From the NCBI RefSeq assembly GCF_004010195.1, contig NC_057751.1:1376363-1440362 (forward strand): a stretch of DNA of 64,000 nucleotides. The letters run 5' to 3'. Every line of letters starts with the position of its first letter. The first letter of the stretch is position 1. Source of the stretch: Chiloscyllium plagiosum. Its lineage: Eukaryota. The notes beneath the pieces were generated by a model, which did not search any database, was not told the DNA's origin, and saw only the letters and a program-made list of their open reading frames with translations. Of this stretch, positions 49,951 to 62,699 are shown piece after piece. The translations under genes and the position numbers were made by a program.

Positions 49951-51834
49951 TCTGACTGGCGATGTGGCAGCCTATGTGGAAGGGGTTGTGGAACAGTGCC
50001 GGTGTTTACTGGTGGGAGTGTCAATGAGAAGGAGCTCAGAGACCACGGGGATAGAAAGTTGTGTTTAAAATGTGTCGAATTCGTGTCCGAGAGCCTGCGG
50101 TACAGAGGTTTGGTGGGTCCAGTCCTTTGGGAGATGGCGGAGATTCAGGGAGATAGTACTGGCCTGACTGCCCTGACCAATCCACAGACGATCTGACCTT
50201 TCAGGGTGATCGGGAACTGAGCACCATTCCCAATGAAACCATTGACCTTTGGCAATCTTTCTGCTCTTCAATGGGGAGTGTACCTGAACTCTGGCCAGTG
50301 GACAATGATAGGCTCAGTCAGCTCAGGTGAGCCATGTGACATGGGGAGGAGGATGATGGGAAGGCATGGACAGTGGTCTGTAGAGAGTGTGGCCCCAATG
50401 TGAGTGAGCAGACAATGCAGGGAGTCCTCAGGATGAACCCTATCCCCATCATCCCCCAAATCCCCTTCTCACCTCACCTGTCCCTCACATCACCACCCCC
50501 TCGAAGTGCAAGTCATCAGTCTGTGTGGTGACAGAGGCTCAGTAAGAGGCTGTTTAGATTCTGGGCACGTCCTGGTCCAAGCTGTTTGTGTATTCGAGCT
50601 GAATATCTCCAGGCAGGTATCCACGGGCTTGTCACTCAAACCCCAGCTGGCTAGGCCCTGGACGTACCTACCCAGGGAGGTCAGAGGATACTCTGGGACA
50701 ACAGAACCCAGCTCAGTCTCAAACATGTGCAATGGGGGATGGGATGGGAGGCTCTGCTGAGCACACCACAGGTCAGTCCTTCTCACCTGTCACAGCACAA
50801 CTGCATCACCCTGGAGTCTCCAGGACACAAAGATGATTTTCCAAGATTCGGCAGTGTGTGAATGAGTGCAGATAGAGAGTGCTGGGAGGAGGGATTAGAT
50901 GGATTTCCACATGGATAAGATCAGGAATCCAGCCAGCCCGAGACGGGAACACCTGAATGAGGCATGATCCTACTGATCGGGAGCAGTGACATGCATTGGA
51001 AATGGGAATCCATCCAAAGGGTGGATCCCTGCGGCAAAGTGGAGGAAAGGGAGAAGACATCTGCAGGAGGCAATACAACAGAAAGGGCACCTTCTGAGTT
51101 GTGAAAGGGCTGAGATCAGGCCAGCTGGAGGCGAGCTCCATGCAGCATTTAGGATGCTCAATGCCAGCCAGGACAAAGCAACTCACTGCTGCAGAGCACA
51201 CTATCCTACCAGTGTGGGTGCAGGCCATTCAGCCCATCGCCTCCGAAGAGCAGCCCACACCCTAGCCCTGTAACACTGCATTTCCCACGGCTAACCCACT
51301 CAGCCAGCACATCTCGGCGCATCGGGGCAATTTAGCACAGCCAATCCATCTTGTTGATACTGGCAGTGTGTGTGTGTGTGTGGGCACTGGTTCCATACCC
51401 TCCGTCAGTGGCACACAGGAGGGGTGGTGTATCTTAGCTACACGATGCAGCCAAAGCTCCCTCAGAGAACCACAACCATCAGTGAGGATATGAGGTAGCA
51501 GTGTAGGGGGAGTAGCAGCACCCGCACTCCTTCATTCTCAGTGACTCAGAGATCCTGCCATGCTGTTCCTGAGTGTACCTGCAGCAGGTAGATACCAGCG
51601 GTTCACAGACAGCTCAACGCACCTTCAGGAACTCAGACACAGCTCAGACAAAGGCTCCATTCCGACACTTACACCCCATAAAGTTCTGAGCAGAATACAG
51701 TGAATATCAAACAACTCCTCACATTCAAACAAAGTCAAGTGGTTGAAATGATTCGGTGACTTCAGTCCCGGCAATCAAACATCAGTTAGGCCACAGGGCA
51801 GAGGTGGGAAATCACTGCATCCCTGGTAGGCCAC

Positions 51835-52176
51835 AGCACACTGAGGGAGTGCTGCACTGTCGGAAGGTCAGTGCTGAGGGAGTGCTGCACTGTCAGAGGG
51901 TCAGTGCTGAGGGAGTGCTGCACTGTCAGAGGGTCAGTGCTGAGGGAGTGCCGCACTGTCGGAGGGGCAGGGCTGAGGGAGTGATGCAGTGTCGGAGGAT
52001 AAGTACTGAGGGAGTGCCGCACTGTCAGAGGGGCAGTGCTGAGGGTGTGCCGCACTGTCGGAGGGACAGTACTGAGGGAGTGCTGCACTGTCAGAGGGTC
52101 AATGCTGAGGGAGTGCTGCACTGTCAGAGGGTCAGTGCTGAGGGAGTGCTGCAATGTCGGAGGGTCAGTACTGACT
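51835..52176 (+). repeat. 33-bp minisatellite, about 10 units (AGTGCTGAGGGAGTGCTGCACTGTCAGAGGGTC)
   Basis: Direct repeats; 11-aa periodicity EGVLHCQRVSA in the ORF track. Confidence 0.93.
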
Positions 52177-52534
52177 GAACCCCACATTACCTCATGGTTT
52201 GCTGAGGAGAGAATTCGGAATTCACGGGTATCATTTGGGGCAAACACTGTGAGACGACAGACATTCCTTTTGCAATTCCAATCAGAGAGTCTCATCTTTG
52301 CAGTTTCTATTGGTGTGTCTGAGCTGGACATAATCCATCCATCCACCCGCAAGCTCTCTCTTTCTCTCTCTCTCCCTCACCTCTCCCATTGTATATGTGA
52401 CATTTTCCCATTAATAAGTTTGTAATCTACAACCTTATCCCTTTGAGAAAGCTCCATGTATAATTGGTTACTGTCCACAATCCAGTTCCCTTGTTTTTTA
52501 GTTGAATTTTAAAAGGACCCAAATCCTGAAGCTG

Positions 52535-52710
52535 ATAGAGAGAGAGACAGAGAGAGAAAGGGAGGGAGGGAGGAGAGAGAGAGAGAAAGGGAGGGAGGGA
52601 GAGAGAGAGAGAAAGGGAGGGAGGGGGGGGGGAGAGAGAGAGAGAGAGAGGGAGCGAGAGAGAGAGAGAAAGAAAGGGAGGGAGGGAGTGAGAGAGAGAG
52701 AGAGAGATGG
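52535..52710. repeat. GA/GGGA polypurine tract
   Basis: Seen directly. Confidence 0.92.
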
Positions 52711-54049
52711 AAATTGAAACAGAGATACTGCCACGAAGTTCCTGACCTATTGATGTTGACAAACAGCCTTTTCTCAAAGACCCCCAAAACCACATTCTCC
52801 ACTTACACATGGTTCCCTTAATCCCCCGCTCTCAAAACAAAGTTTTGACGTAATCTAATGCTCTTTATCTCAGCCAGAGCTTTAATTTCCAAGAGTGTTT
52901 TGATTGCAGGTGACCATTTCAGTGGGAGGAGTGGTCTCAGATTGTGCTGCTCTCTTTAATGGGCTCTCACCTGTGGACGTTCCTGCTTCTTATCAATAAG
53001 ATAAGGCATCGCTTTCAACAGTTAGACAAACTACAACAGGAAAAGAGCAGCACTGTCCACTTTCTGTGTGACCCCTGACCTCCAGGAGCCACATCGAACT
53101 TCTCAATGTGATCCCTCACAAGTGGAGAGATGTAAAAACTAAGGTCTGCTCTGTTCAGGTGTGTCTGCCTGTCTTTCAGCTCCTCCTCCATGTACTGTGC
53201 TCCCAGGCCTCCATCCAGCCTTTCTTCACCGGAATGTCTGCCCATGTCGTCTCACCTCAAACACAACTGACAAAGTGCTGGGCGGTGAATAGGGACAGTT
53301 ACTGAAACGGAGTCACCAACTTGATGGAAATGCTGTGGGCCTTTATTGGTGTACCGTCAGGTCTCACTGAATGGACCATCAGTAAATGTGGCATCATAGC
53401 CACGTTTCAGAGAGGAACATTGACCAGGATACTCGGTTGGATCTGGATCAGGCCTGACAAGGTTGAAGCCCTCCTTCAAAAGACAGGAAACCCGACACTA
53501 CAGTTTTTCCTCAGTCAAGCACTGAACTAAAACTTGGATGAGCTTTCAATTTGAACCATTGCTGTCTCACTTTCTGACGGGACATGCAGGGAACAAGAAC
53601 AACAGGACCCACATCTCCCTCAGTACAGAGAGCGATTCACGCAGGGTGATCAGGAATAGGCTTACATCATCATAGCATCTTTCAGAAACTCTGAATGTTC
53701 CACTGTGTTTCAGACAACAGCAGAGTGCTGTCAATAAACGGCCAGAGAGAGGTTAACGTAACAACAGCTCAGAGGAAGGGTGACTGGGCCTGAAACATAT
53801 TAAGTCGGATTCCCCTTCACAGATGCTGCCAGACCTGCTGAGCTTTTCCAGTCATTTCTGTTTCGCTTTCTGAATTCCAGCATCCACAGTCTTTTCGGAT
53901 TTTTCTCTGAGGTGCTTTGTTCAGTTTGCTCTCATCCTTGAATGCTCCGTGAACTAGAATGGATCATTTTCCTTGCTGTTTGATGGTTGGGCATGGACTC
54001 AGTGCTCTGTGAGGCCTGCTGGCCTTAGCACCACTCAGTTAACTTGGTT

Positions 54050-55090
54050 GACTTTCAGAAACTTTTTTCCTCGAGTTGAAATGTCAAAAACTAGGGGCAG
54101 GCATTGAAGGTGAGAGGGGGGGAATGTTCAAAGGAGATGTGAGGGGCAGGTTTTTTTCTCTAGAGAGTGGTAGAATTGTGTAATGTGTTGCTGGAGGAAC
54201 AGGAAGCTGGAAAAACACAGCCAGCCAGGCAGCATCGGGGATGGGGAAGTCAACGTTTCAGCTACAACCCTTCTTCAGGACTGGGGGTTCAGGAGGCAGA
54301 TACTATCGGGGCGTTTAAGGGGCTTTTAGATAAGCACATGGATATGCAAGGAATGGAGAGATATGGACCTCGGGCAGGCAGAAGGGATTCCTTTCATTTG
54401 GTGTCATGTTCAGCACAGCATTGTGGGCTGAAGGGCCTGTTCTTGTCTCGTACAGTTCGATGTCCAATTGCTCCTTGATACAACTTGGACTCCACCTTCA
54501 CTCCCCTTCTCAAACCTCGCAGCCCACTCTGGGAAGTCTCAGATTATTGAGAGATTCTTTGATGTGATGGATATGATGAATTTGCTTTGCTGGAGACCTA
54601 CAGTGCAGAGGACTGGGTTCAGATGAGATTTATCAGGATGTTGCCGGGTCTGGAGGTTTGAGTTAGAAGGAGAGGTTTAAGAGGGTAGGAGTTTTTTCAC
54701 TGGAGTGTAGGACGTTGAGGGGTGACCTTGTAGAGGTTTCTGAAATCATGAGGGGTATGGATAGAGTTAATGGTAGGTGTCTTTTCCCTCAGGTGAGGGA
54801 GATCATGACAAGGAGGCACATTTCTAACATGAAATGAGAAACATTTGAAAAAGACACGAGGGGCAAATTGTTTTACATGGAGGGTGGTTTGCATGTGGAA
54901 TAAACTTCCTGAGGGAGTGGTGGATGTGGGGACAGTTACAATATTTAACAGGCATTTGGATCAGTATATGAACAGGAAAGGTTTGGAGGGATATGGGCCA
55001 GGAGCAGGCAGGTGGGATTGGTTCAGTTTGGAATTATGGTCAGCATGGACAGGTTGGGCCGAAGGGTCTGTTCCTGTGCTGTCTGAGTCT
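54050..55090 (+). mobile_element. Two CR1 3' fragments, the first interrupted by a PLE terminal piece (about 54195-54290)
   Basis: FKGLLDKHMD and RVVCMWNKLPEGVV..FNRHLDQYM; caacgtttcagctacaacccttcttcagg is the reverse complement of a degenerate hammerhead core. Confidence 0.78.
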
Positions 55091-56084
55091 CTGCCTCGAA
55101 GAGCTATCCAAGCTACTGTTTAATGAGGTGAATCCTTCTCCAAGTAGCTGAGCTGAAATCTCACACTGCCCTATCTCAGACAGATAAGCAGACAGTAGGA
55201 GCAAGGTCCTATTGCCTGGAGAGTGTGGCTTCTTGCTCTACCCACCTCCAGCTGCAGCTGCTTCCAAACAAATAGCTGCATACAGCAAGCTGACAGCATG
55301 GAAGTCTCCTCCAGACACAACCCCCACACAACACAACATCCCTTTATCAGTCTGTTATCCTGTCAACTGCTCAGTGCCCCGCTGTGGGCTCACAATGTTA
55401 GAGAGCCCACTGATTCACCTCACAGACTTGTTCATTTGGTATGAAGTCAGGGATTCCATACCCTGTCAGATATTATACCGATTATTCCCAATGGATAGCG
55501 ATTATTCCAGCAGGCCATTCAGCCCAGCTGCTCCATGATGGACCAGGCAACTCCTGCTATCCTTCATTCAATTCAGTCCCCATGAAGCTGTGAATTTCTG
55601 ACTGAGGCGACCTTTAAAATGAGAGGGTACTGTTTGTCCCAATCCCTCGCTGTGCAGCAGTGACTGACTCCCTTCTCATCAGTCTGTCAGTGAAACAATG
55701 GAGCAAAACCACATCTTACCGAGGCACCTGGAGAATTCAACCTGAGACTAATCTGGAAGACAACTTTTAAAAAGCCCATGTCTCTCCAAGTGTCAATCCA
55801 GACTGCCATTAAAACAAACCTCATGGAGAGTTGGTTCATGTTGTTGAATGAAACAAAGCTTTACGATGTGACTCCAGTCCCACAGCAATGGTACAACCTG
55901 ACACACTGAGCTGGCACATCACTCACAGTGCCCAAGCCGATGTCTGCTCGTGACAGGAGCTTCAGGGAGGTGAAGGCAGCCAAGAAATGCCAGGAATATT
56001 GATGAAAAGTACCATTTTCCTGACAGGAGGAACAGAGTTAATGATACAGCCATGGGGAATGTTGTTGTACAAAGCAGCTCAGAG

Positions 56085-56450
56085 AGTTATACAGTCATGC
56101 AGCACAGTAACAGACCCTTCGGCCCAACCAGTCCATGCTGACCATAATCCCAAACTAAACAAGTCCCACCTGCCTGTTCCTGGCCCATATCGCTCCAAAC
56201 CCTTTCCTGTTCAAATGTCTTTTAAATGTTGTCACATCCACAACTTTCTCAGGAACTTTATTCCACACGTGAACCAGCAATCCTCATGTGCTTTTAAAAT
56301 CTTTCTTCTCTCACCTTAAACATTTGCCCCACCCAAGTCTTAAAATCCCCCACCCCAGGGAAAAGGCACCTGCCATTCACCTTATCCATGCCCCTCATGA
56401 TTTTATAAACCTGTTTAAGGACATCCCTCAGCTTCCAATAATCCAGGGGA
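56085..56450 (-). mobile_element. CR1 3' fragment
   Basis: agtcatgcagcacagtaacagacccttcggcccaacc tail. Confidence 0.75.
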
Positions 56451-56602
56451 AAATGGGACAGAATTCCCTGAGAGTGGTGTTACAGGTAATAAGGATGGTG
56501 CAGAAGGCGGTTGGTATACCTGGTCAGAGCACGGAATACAGATCAGATGTTATGTTCCTGCTGTATAAGACATCATTAAGCCCACATTTGGAGTATGGTG
56601 AA

Positions 56603-56958
56603 TCTATTCTGAGATTCCCTACAGTGTGGAAACAGGCCATTCGGCCCAACAAGTCCACACTGACTCTCTGAAGAGTATCCCACCCAGACCCAATCCCCTA
56701 CCTGATTATCTTACATTTCCCCCAACTAATGCACCTGACCTATACATCTTGAAAACGATGGACAATTTAGCAATGGCGAATTCACCTAACCTGCACAGCT
56801 TTGGAGTGTGGGAGGAAACTGGAGCACCCGGAGGAAACCCACACAGACACGGGGAGAATGTGCAAACCCCACACAGACAGTCCCCCGAAGGTGGAATCGA
56901 ACCCAGGTCCCTGGTGCTGTGAGGCAGCAGTGCTAACCACTGAGCCACTGTGCCGCCC
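56603..56958 (-). mobile_element. Full-length tRNA-derived HE1/V-SINE inserted into a CR1
   Basis: 5' GGGCGGCACAGTGGCTCAGTGGTTAGCAC (A box 56937-56947), B box GGTTCGATTCC (56893-56903), V-domain, CR1-type tail. CR1 sequence (..LEY / WSP..) continues on both sides. Confidence 0.9.
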
Positions 56959-56959
56959 C

Positions 56960-57470
56960 AGCCTGGTCACCCAGCTATAGAAAGGATGTTGCTAATGTAG
57001 AAAGGCTGCAGGAAACATCTACAGTATGTTACCAGGGTTAGAGGATTTGAGCAATTGGGAGAGGCTGAACAGGCTGGGGCTGTTTTCCCAGGAGCATTGG
57101 AGGCTGAGAGGTGACCTTATAGAGGTTTACAAAATTATGAGGGGCATGGATAGGATAAATAGGCAAGGTCTTTTCCCTGGGGTGGGGGGAGTCCAGAACT
57201 AGAGGGCATAGCTTTAGGGTGAGAGGGGAAAGATATAAAATGGAACTAAGGGGCAACTTTTTCACACAGAGAGTGGTGTGTGTATGGAATGAGCTGCCAG
57301 AGGAAGTGGTGGAGGCTGGGACAATTGCAACATTTAAGAGGCATTTGGATGGGTATATGAATAGGAAGGGTTTGGAGGGATATGGGCCGGGTGCTGGCAG
57401 GTTGGGATATCTGGTTGGCATGGACGGGTTGGGCCGAAGGGTCTGTTTCAGTGCTGTATGATTCTATGAC
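56960..57470 (+). mobile_element. CR1 3' end
   Basis: [31 protein letters not shown]; tail gctgtatgattctatgac. Confidence 0.9.
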
Positions 57471-57628
57471 AGTTCTGTTTTGTGTTGTTGAGAATTCCAG
57501 TGCTCCGACACAAGTGGGAAATGAAAACCACTTTGTGTCTTCAATGTGATTCCCAATGAGGACTGACAATGTTACCCACAGCTCAGTCAGTGTCACCTTG
57601 CTGGTGGTAACTCAGAGCACAGAGTCTG

Positions 57629-60600
57629 CTGTAACAGGGCTACACTGTACCAGGGTTACACTGTACCAGGGCTATACTGTATCAGGGTTACACTGTACCA
57701 GGGCTAGACTGTACCAGGGCTACACTGTACCAGGGCTATACTGTATCAGGGTTACACTGTACCAGGGCTACACTGTACCAGGGCTACACTGTACCAGGGC
57801 AACACTGTACGTGGGCAACACTGTACCAGGGCTACACTGTACCAGGGTTGCACTGTACCAGGGCTGCACTGTACCAGGGCTACACTGTGCCAGGGCTACA
57901 CTGTACCAGGGCTGCACTGTGCCAGAGCTGCACTGTACCAGGGCTACACTGTGCCAGGGCTACACTGTGCCAGGGCTACACTGTGCCAGGTCTACACTGT
58001 GCCAGGGCTACACTGTGCCAGGGCAACACTGTACCAGGGCAACACTGTACCAGGGCTACACTGTACCAGGGCTGCTCTGTACCAGGTCTACACTGTGCCA
58101 GGGCTACACTGTACCAGGGCTGCACTGTGCCAGGGCTACACTGTACCAGGGCTACACTGTGGCAGGGCTACACTGTACCAGGGCTGCACTGTGCCAGGGC
58201 TACACTGTACCAGGGCTGCACTGTGTCAGAGCTGCACTGTGCCAGGGCTACACTGTGCCAGGGCAACACTGTGCCAGGTCTGCACTGTGCCAGGTCTACA
58301 CTGTGCCAGGTCTGCACTGTGCCAGGGCAACACTGTACCAGGGCTACACTATACCAGGGCTACACTGTACCAGGGCTACACTGTGCCAGGGCTACACTGT
58401 ACCAGGGCTACACTGTGCCAGGGCTACACTGTGCCAGGGCTGCTCTGTACCAGGGCTACACTGTACCAGGGCTACACTGTACCAGGGCTGCTCTGTACCA
58501 GGGCTACACTGTGCCAGTGCTACACTGTACCAGGGCTACACTGTGACAGGGATACACTGTGCCAGGGCTACACTGTACCATGGCAACACTGTACCAGGGC
58601 TACACTGTACCAGGGCAACACTGTGCCAGGGCTGCACTGTGCCTGGGCTACACTGTGCCAGTGCTACACTGTACCAGGGCTACACTGTGCCAGGGCTACA
58701 CTGTGACAGGGCTACACTGTGCCCCAGTGCTATACTATCAGGGCTTCACTGTACCAGGGCTACACTGTGCCAGGGCTGCACTGTGTCAGGGCTACACTGT
58801 GCTAGCGCTACACTGTACCAGGGCTGTACTATGCCAGGGCTGTACTGTGCCAGGGCTACACTGTACCAAGTCTCCACTGTGCCAGGGCTGCACTGTGCCA
58901 AGGCTACACTGTGCCAGAGCTACACTGTACCAGGGCTGCTCTGTACCTGGGTTACACTGTGCCAGGGCCACATTGTACCAGTGCAGCACTGTACCAGGGC
59001 TACACTGTGGCAGGGCTACAGTGTACCAGGGCTGCACTGTACCAGGGCTACACTGTGGCAGGGCTACAATGTCAGGGCTACACTGTACCAGGGCTATACT
59101 GTACCAAGAGAAAGTGATTACTGCAAATGCTGGAGATCAGAGCTGAAAACATGTTGCTGGAAAAGCGCAGCAGGTCAGGCAGCATCCGAGGAGTAGGAGA
59201 ATCGACGTTTTGGGCATAAGCTCTGAAGAACGGCTCATGCCCGAAACGTCGATTCCCCTGTTCCTTGGATGCTGCCTGACCTGCTGCGCTTTTCCAGCAA
59301 CACATTTTCAGCTATACTGTACCAGGGCTATGCTGTCAGGGCTGCACTGTGCCAGGGCTACACTGCGCCAGCGCTACACTGCGCCAGCGCTACACTGTGC
59401 CAGTGCTGCTCTGTACCAGGGCTGCACAATACCAGGGCTGCACTGTGCCAGGGCTATGCTGTCAGGGCTGCACTGTGCCAGGGCTATGCTGTCAGGGCTG
59501 CACTGTGCCAGGGCTGTACTGTGCCAGGGCTACACTCTGCCAGGGCTACACTGTACCTGGGCTGCACAATACCAGGGCTACACTGTACCAGGGCTGCACT
59601 GTGCCAGGGCTGCACTGTGCCAGGGCTGCACTTTACCACATCTGCACTGTACCAGGGCTATACTGTACCAGGGCTACACTGTAGCAGCACTGCACTGTAC
59701 CAGGGCTATACTGTCAGGGCTGCACTGTACCAGGGCTACACTGTACCAGGGCTACACTGTACCAGGGCTGCACTGTACCAGGGCTGCTCTGTATCAGGGC
59801 TACACTGTACCAGGGCTGCTCTGTATCAGGGCTACACTGTACCAGGGCTGCACTGTACCGGGGCTGCACTGTACCGGGGCTGCACTGTACCAGGACAACA
59901 CTGTACCAGGACAACACTGTACCAGGACAACACTGTACCAGGGCTACACTGTACCAGGGCTGCACTGTACCAGGGCTGCTCTGTATCAGGGCAATGCTGT
60001 ACCAGGGCTGCACTGTACCACGTCTGCACTGTACCAGGGCTACACTGTACCAGGATTACACTGTACCAGGGCTGCGCTGTACCAGGGCTATACTGTACCA
60101 GGACTACACTGTACCAGGGCTACACTGTACCAGGGCTGCGCTGTACCAGGGCTATACTGTCAGGGCTGCGCTGTACCAGGGCAACACTGTACCAGGGTTA
60201 CACCGTGCCAGGACTACACTGTACCAGGGCTGCACTGTACCAGGGCTATACTGTCAGGGCTGCACTGTACCAGGGTTACACCGTGCCAGGACTACACTGT
60301 ACCAGGGCTACACTGTGCCAGTGCTACACTGTGGCAGGGCTACACTGTACCAGGGCTACACTGTGCCAGGGCTACACTGTACCAGGGCTGCACTGTACCA
60401 GGGCTGCACTGTGCCAGGGCTGCACTGTACCAGGGCTGCACTGTGCCAGGGCTGCTCTGTACCAGGGCTGCACTGTACCAGGGCTACACTGTACCAGGGC
60501 TGCACTGTGCCAGGGCTACACTGTGCTAGGGCTACACTGTACCAGGGCTGCACTGTGGCAGGGCTGCACTGTACCAGGGCTGCACTGTGGCAGGGCTGCA

Positions 60601-60718
60601 CTGTACCAGGGCTGCACTGTACCATGGTTACACTGTGCCAGGACTACACTGTGCCAGGGCTGCACTGTACCAGGGCTACACTGTACCAGGATTACACTGT
60701 ACCAGGATTACACTGTCA
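57629..60718 (+). repeat. 16-bp minisatellite (CTGTACCAGGGCTACA), roughly 180 diverged units
   Basis: Direct repeats; 16-aa periodic ORFs (PGLHCTRATLYQGYTV) in all three plus frames. Confidence 0.96.
59107..59310. mobile_element. Fold-back PLE-derived element inserted in the 16-bp minisatellite
   Basis: Same arms as 918-1145; flanks gctatactgtacca (59093-59106 and 59311-59324); CTGAAGAACGGCTCATGCCCGAAACGTC at 59223. Confidence 0.85.
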
Positions 60719-61689
60719 GAGCTGCTGGCTAATGGACAATGTGTTCACCTCAGCCTCTGGCTGCCATCTCAGATGTGGGCGGGCAGGATGCTAGAGATGA
60801 GCAGGGGGGGTCCTGCTGGGTGTCTGGATTTATTCGATTGGGGTGTTTGTGGGATCATGCTGTGTACTGATAGACTGCTGTTTCCAACGTGGCATTGGGT
60901 GCGATTTGAAAAGCACTCACTCCACTGACTGCTGGGTGCTCTCGGGTGGTGCCAGAGACAACTGGAACTCCCAGATCTTTCTGTCTGCAGGAAGCAGCAG
61001 GTCTGTTTTGTGACGGGGAGCTAACACAATACGCAGACCCTGCTGTTCCCAGTTGGGAATGGCTGCTGGAGGCCTCACTGACCGGGGTAGAGTGGGCGGT
61101 GCAATGGGGTGGGGGTGGGGGTGGGGGTGGGGGGGGGGGGTGGGGAGCTGTCTCGTGACCAGCAGCATGGCAGCCCACTCTGCCCACGCTTTCGGCCCAC
61201 AGCCAGCCTCAACCAGAATGTCTTCTTTGTCAGAAGTAACCGAGAGGGACACATGTGTATCTGCAGCTCCCACCTGCTTGATAATGTGAGTGCTGCTGCT
61301 CATTCAGTCTGAGTGCAGTGACTCCCTCCTCCCCCAGCCCCTCACCCTCTGATACTGCCAATGCAGCCTGAACTCAGGAAGGGAGACTCTCCCTATCATC
61401 ATTGGTATTGTGGGCAGATTGCCGACAGAGCCACAGCACTGGGGGGGGGGGGGGGAGGGGGCGTCAGCGCGGAGGACACTAACATCAGGGCCAAAGTGGC
61501 CCAGAAACATTTCAGCCGCAGAAGGATTGACGACACAAGTTGTGATTCTTACGATTTTGGAAACCTGCACCAGTCTAGCGTTTAATCTTCCAAACCCACA
61601 GCCACTTCCATCGAGAAGGAATATCGCCTGAGCTATTCCAATCCCAGTTTCCAGCACTGACCCATAGCCTTGATTGAAATGTGTGTCAC

Positions 61690-62310
61690 ACATAGACGGA
61701 GTGGTTAACAAGGCATTTCGCACGCTCGCCTTCATTGCTCGGAGCTTTGAGTATCGGAGTTGGGGTGCCATGTTGATGAGGCCTGTTCTGGAAGACTGTG
61801 TGCAGTTCTGGTCACCCTGTGACATGAAGGGCCTTATGAAATTGGAGAGGGTTCAGCCTGAGAGATTTCCCAGGCTGTTACAGGGAAGGGAGGGGTTGCG
61901 TTCCAACAGCCGGCTGGAAAGACTGGGACTGGAGCTGAGGAAGTTGAGGGGTCACCTCCTCGAGGTTTGAGAGGGGCAGAGATAAGGTGAATAGCAAGTG
62001 TCTTTTCCTGAGGGTGGAGGAGTTCCGAACTGGGGGGGGCACACTTTAACTTCAGAAGAGAAAATTTTCAACAAAGACACGAGGGGCTCGTTTTTTTACA
62101 CAGAGGATGAATAGTGTGTGGAATGAACTGCCAGAGGAAGTGGTGGGTGTGGCTACAGTCACAATGTTTCAAAGACATTTGGATCAGTACATGAACAGGA
62201 AAGGGTATGAGGGATCTGAACAGGAGCGGGCAGGTGGGACCAGTTTAGTTTGGGGTTGAGTTCGGTGTGGACTGGATGGGCCGAAGGGTCTGACTCTATG
62301 ACTCAATGAC
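61690..62310 (+). mobile_element. Degraded CR1 3' fragment
   Basis: VVNKAFRTLAFIARSFEYRS..RPVLEDCVQFWSP; tail gaagggtctgactctatgactc. Confidence 0.82.
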
Positions 62311-62699
62311 AAAGGCAACAAATATATGGGAACACCACCCCCTGCAAGTTCCCCTCCCAGCCACTCACCATCCTGACCCGGAAATATATCGCTGTCCCTG
62401 GGTCACAATCCTGGAATTCCCTCCCCAAGGGCATTGTGGGTGAACCTACAGCACATGGACTGCAGTGGTTCATGAAGGCAGCTCACCCCCACCTTCTCGA
62501 GGGGCAACTAGGGACAGGCAATAAATGCTGGGCCCAGCCAGTGACCCCCATGTCCCATGAGTGAATAAACAGAACAGATCAGCTTCAATGGAAAGCTGAA
62601 GGTGATGTGAACTGAGTGGGTCTTTGGAACTGGGAAGGGCTTTTCTGGGGCAGTGGTACTGTCCCTGCATCTGGGCTAGGAGGCCCCAGCTTCAAGGAC

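Noticed and set aside
56880..56958. tRNA gene
   Set aside because: The A and B boxes belong to a SINE head followed by a V-domain and LINE-like tail; a second copy lies at 34680-35001.
57556..60794. Long Cys/Gly-rich ORFs (546, 487 and 439 aa)
   Set aside because: The same periodic peptide appears in all three frames of a 16-bp minisatellite and runs through a retroelement insertion; there is no gene structure.
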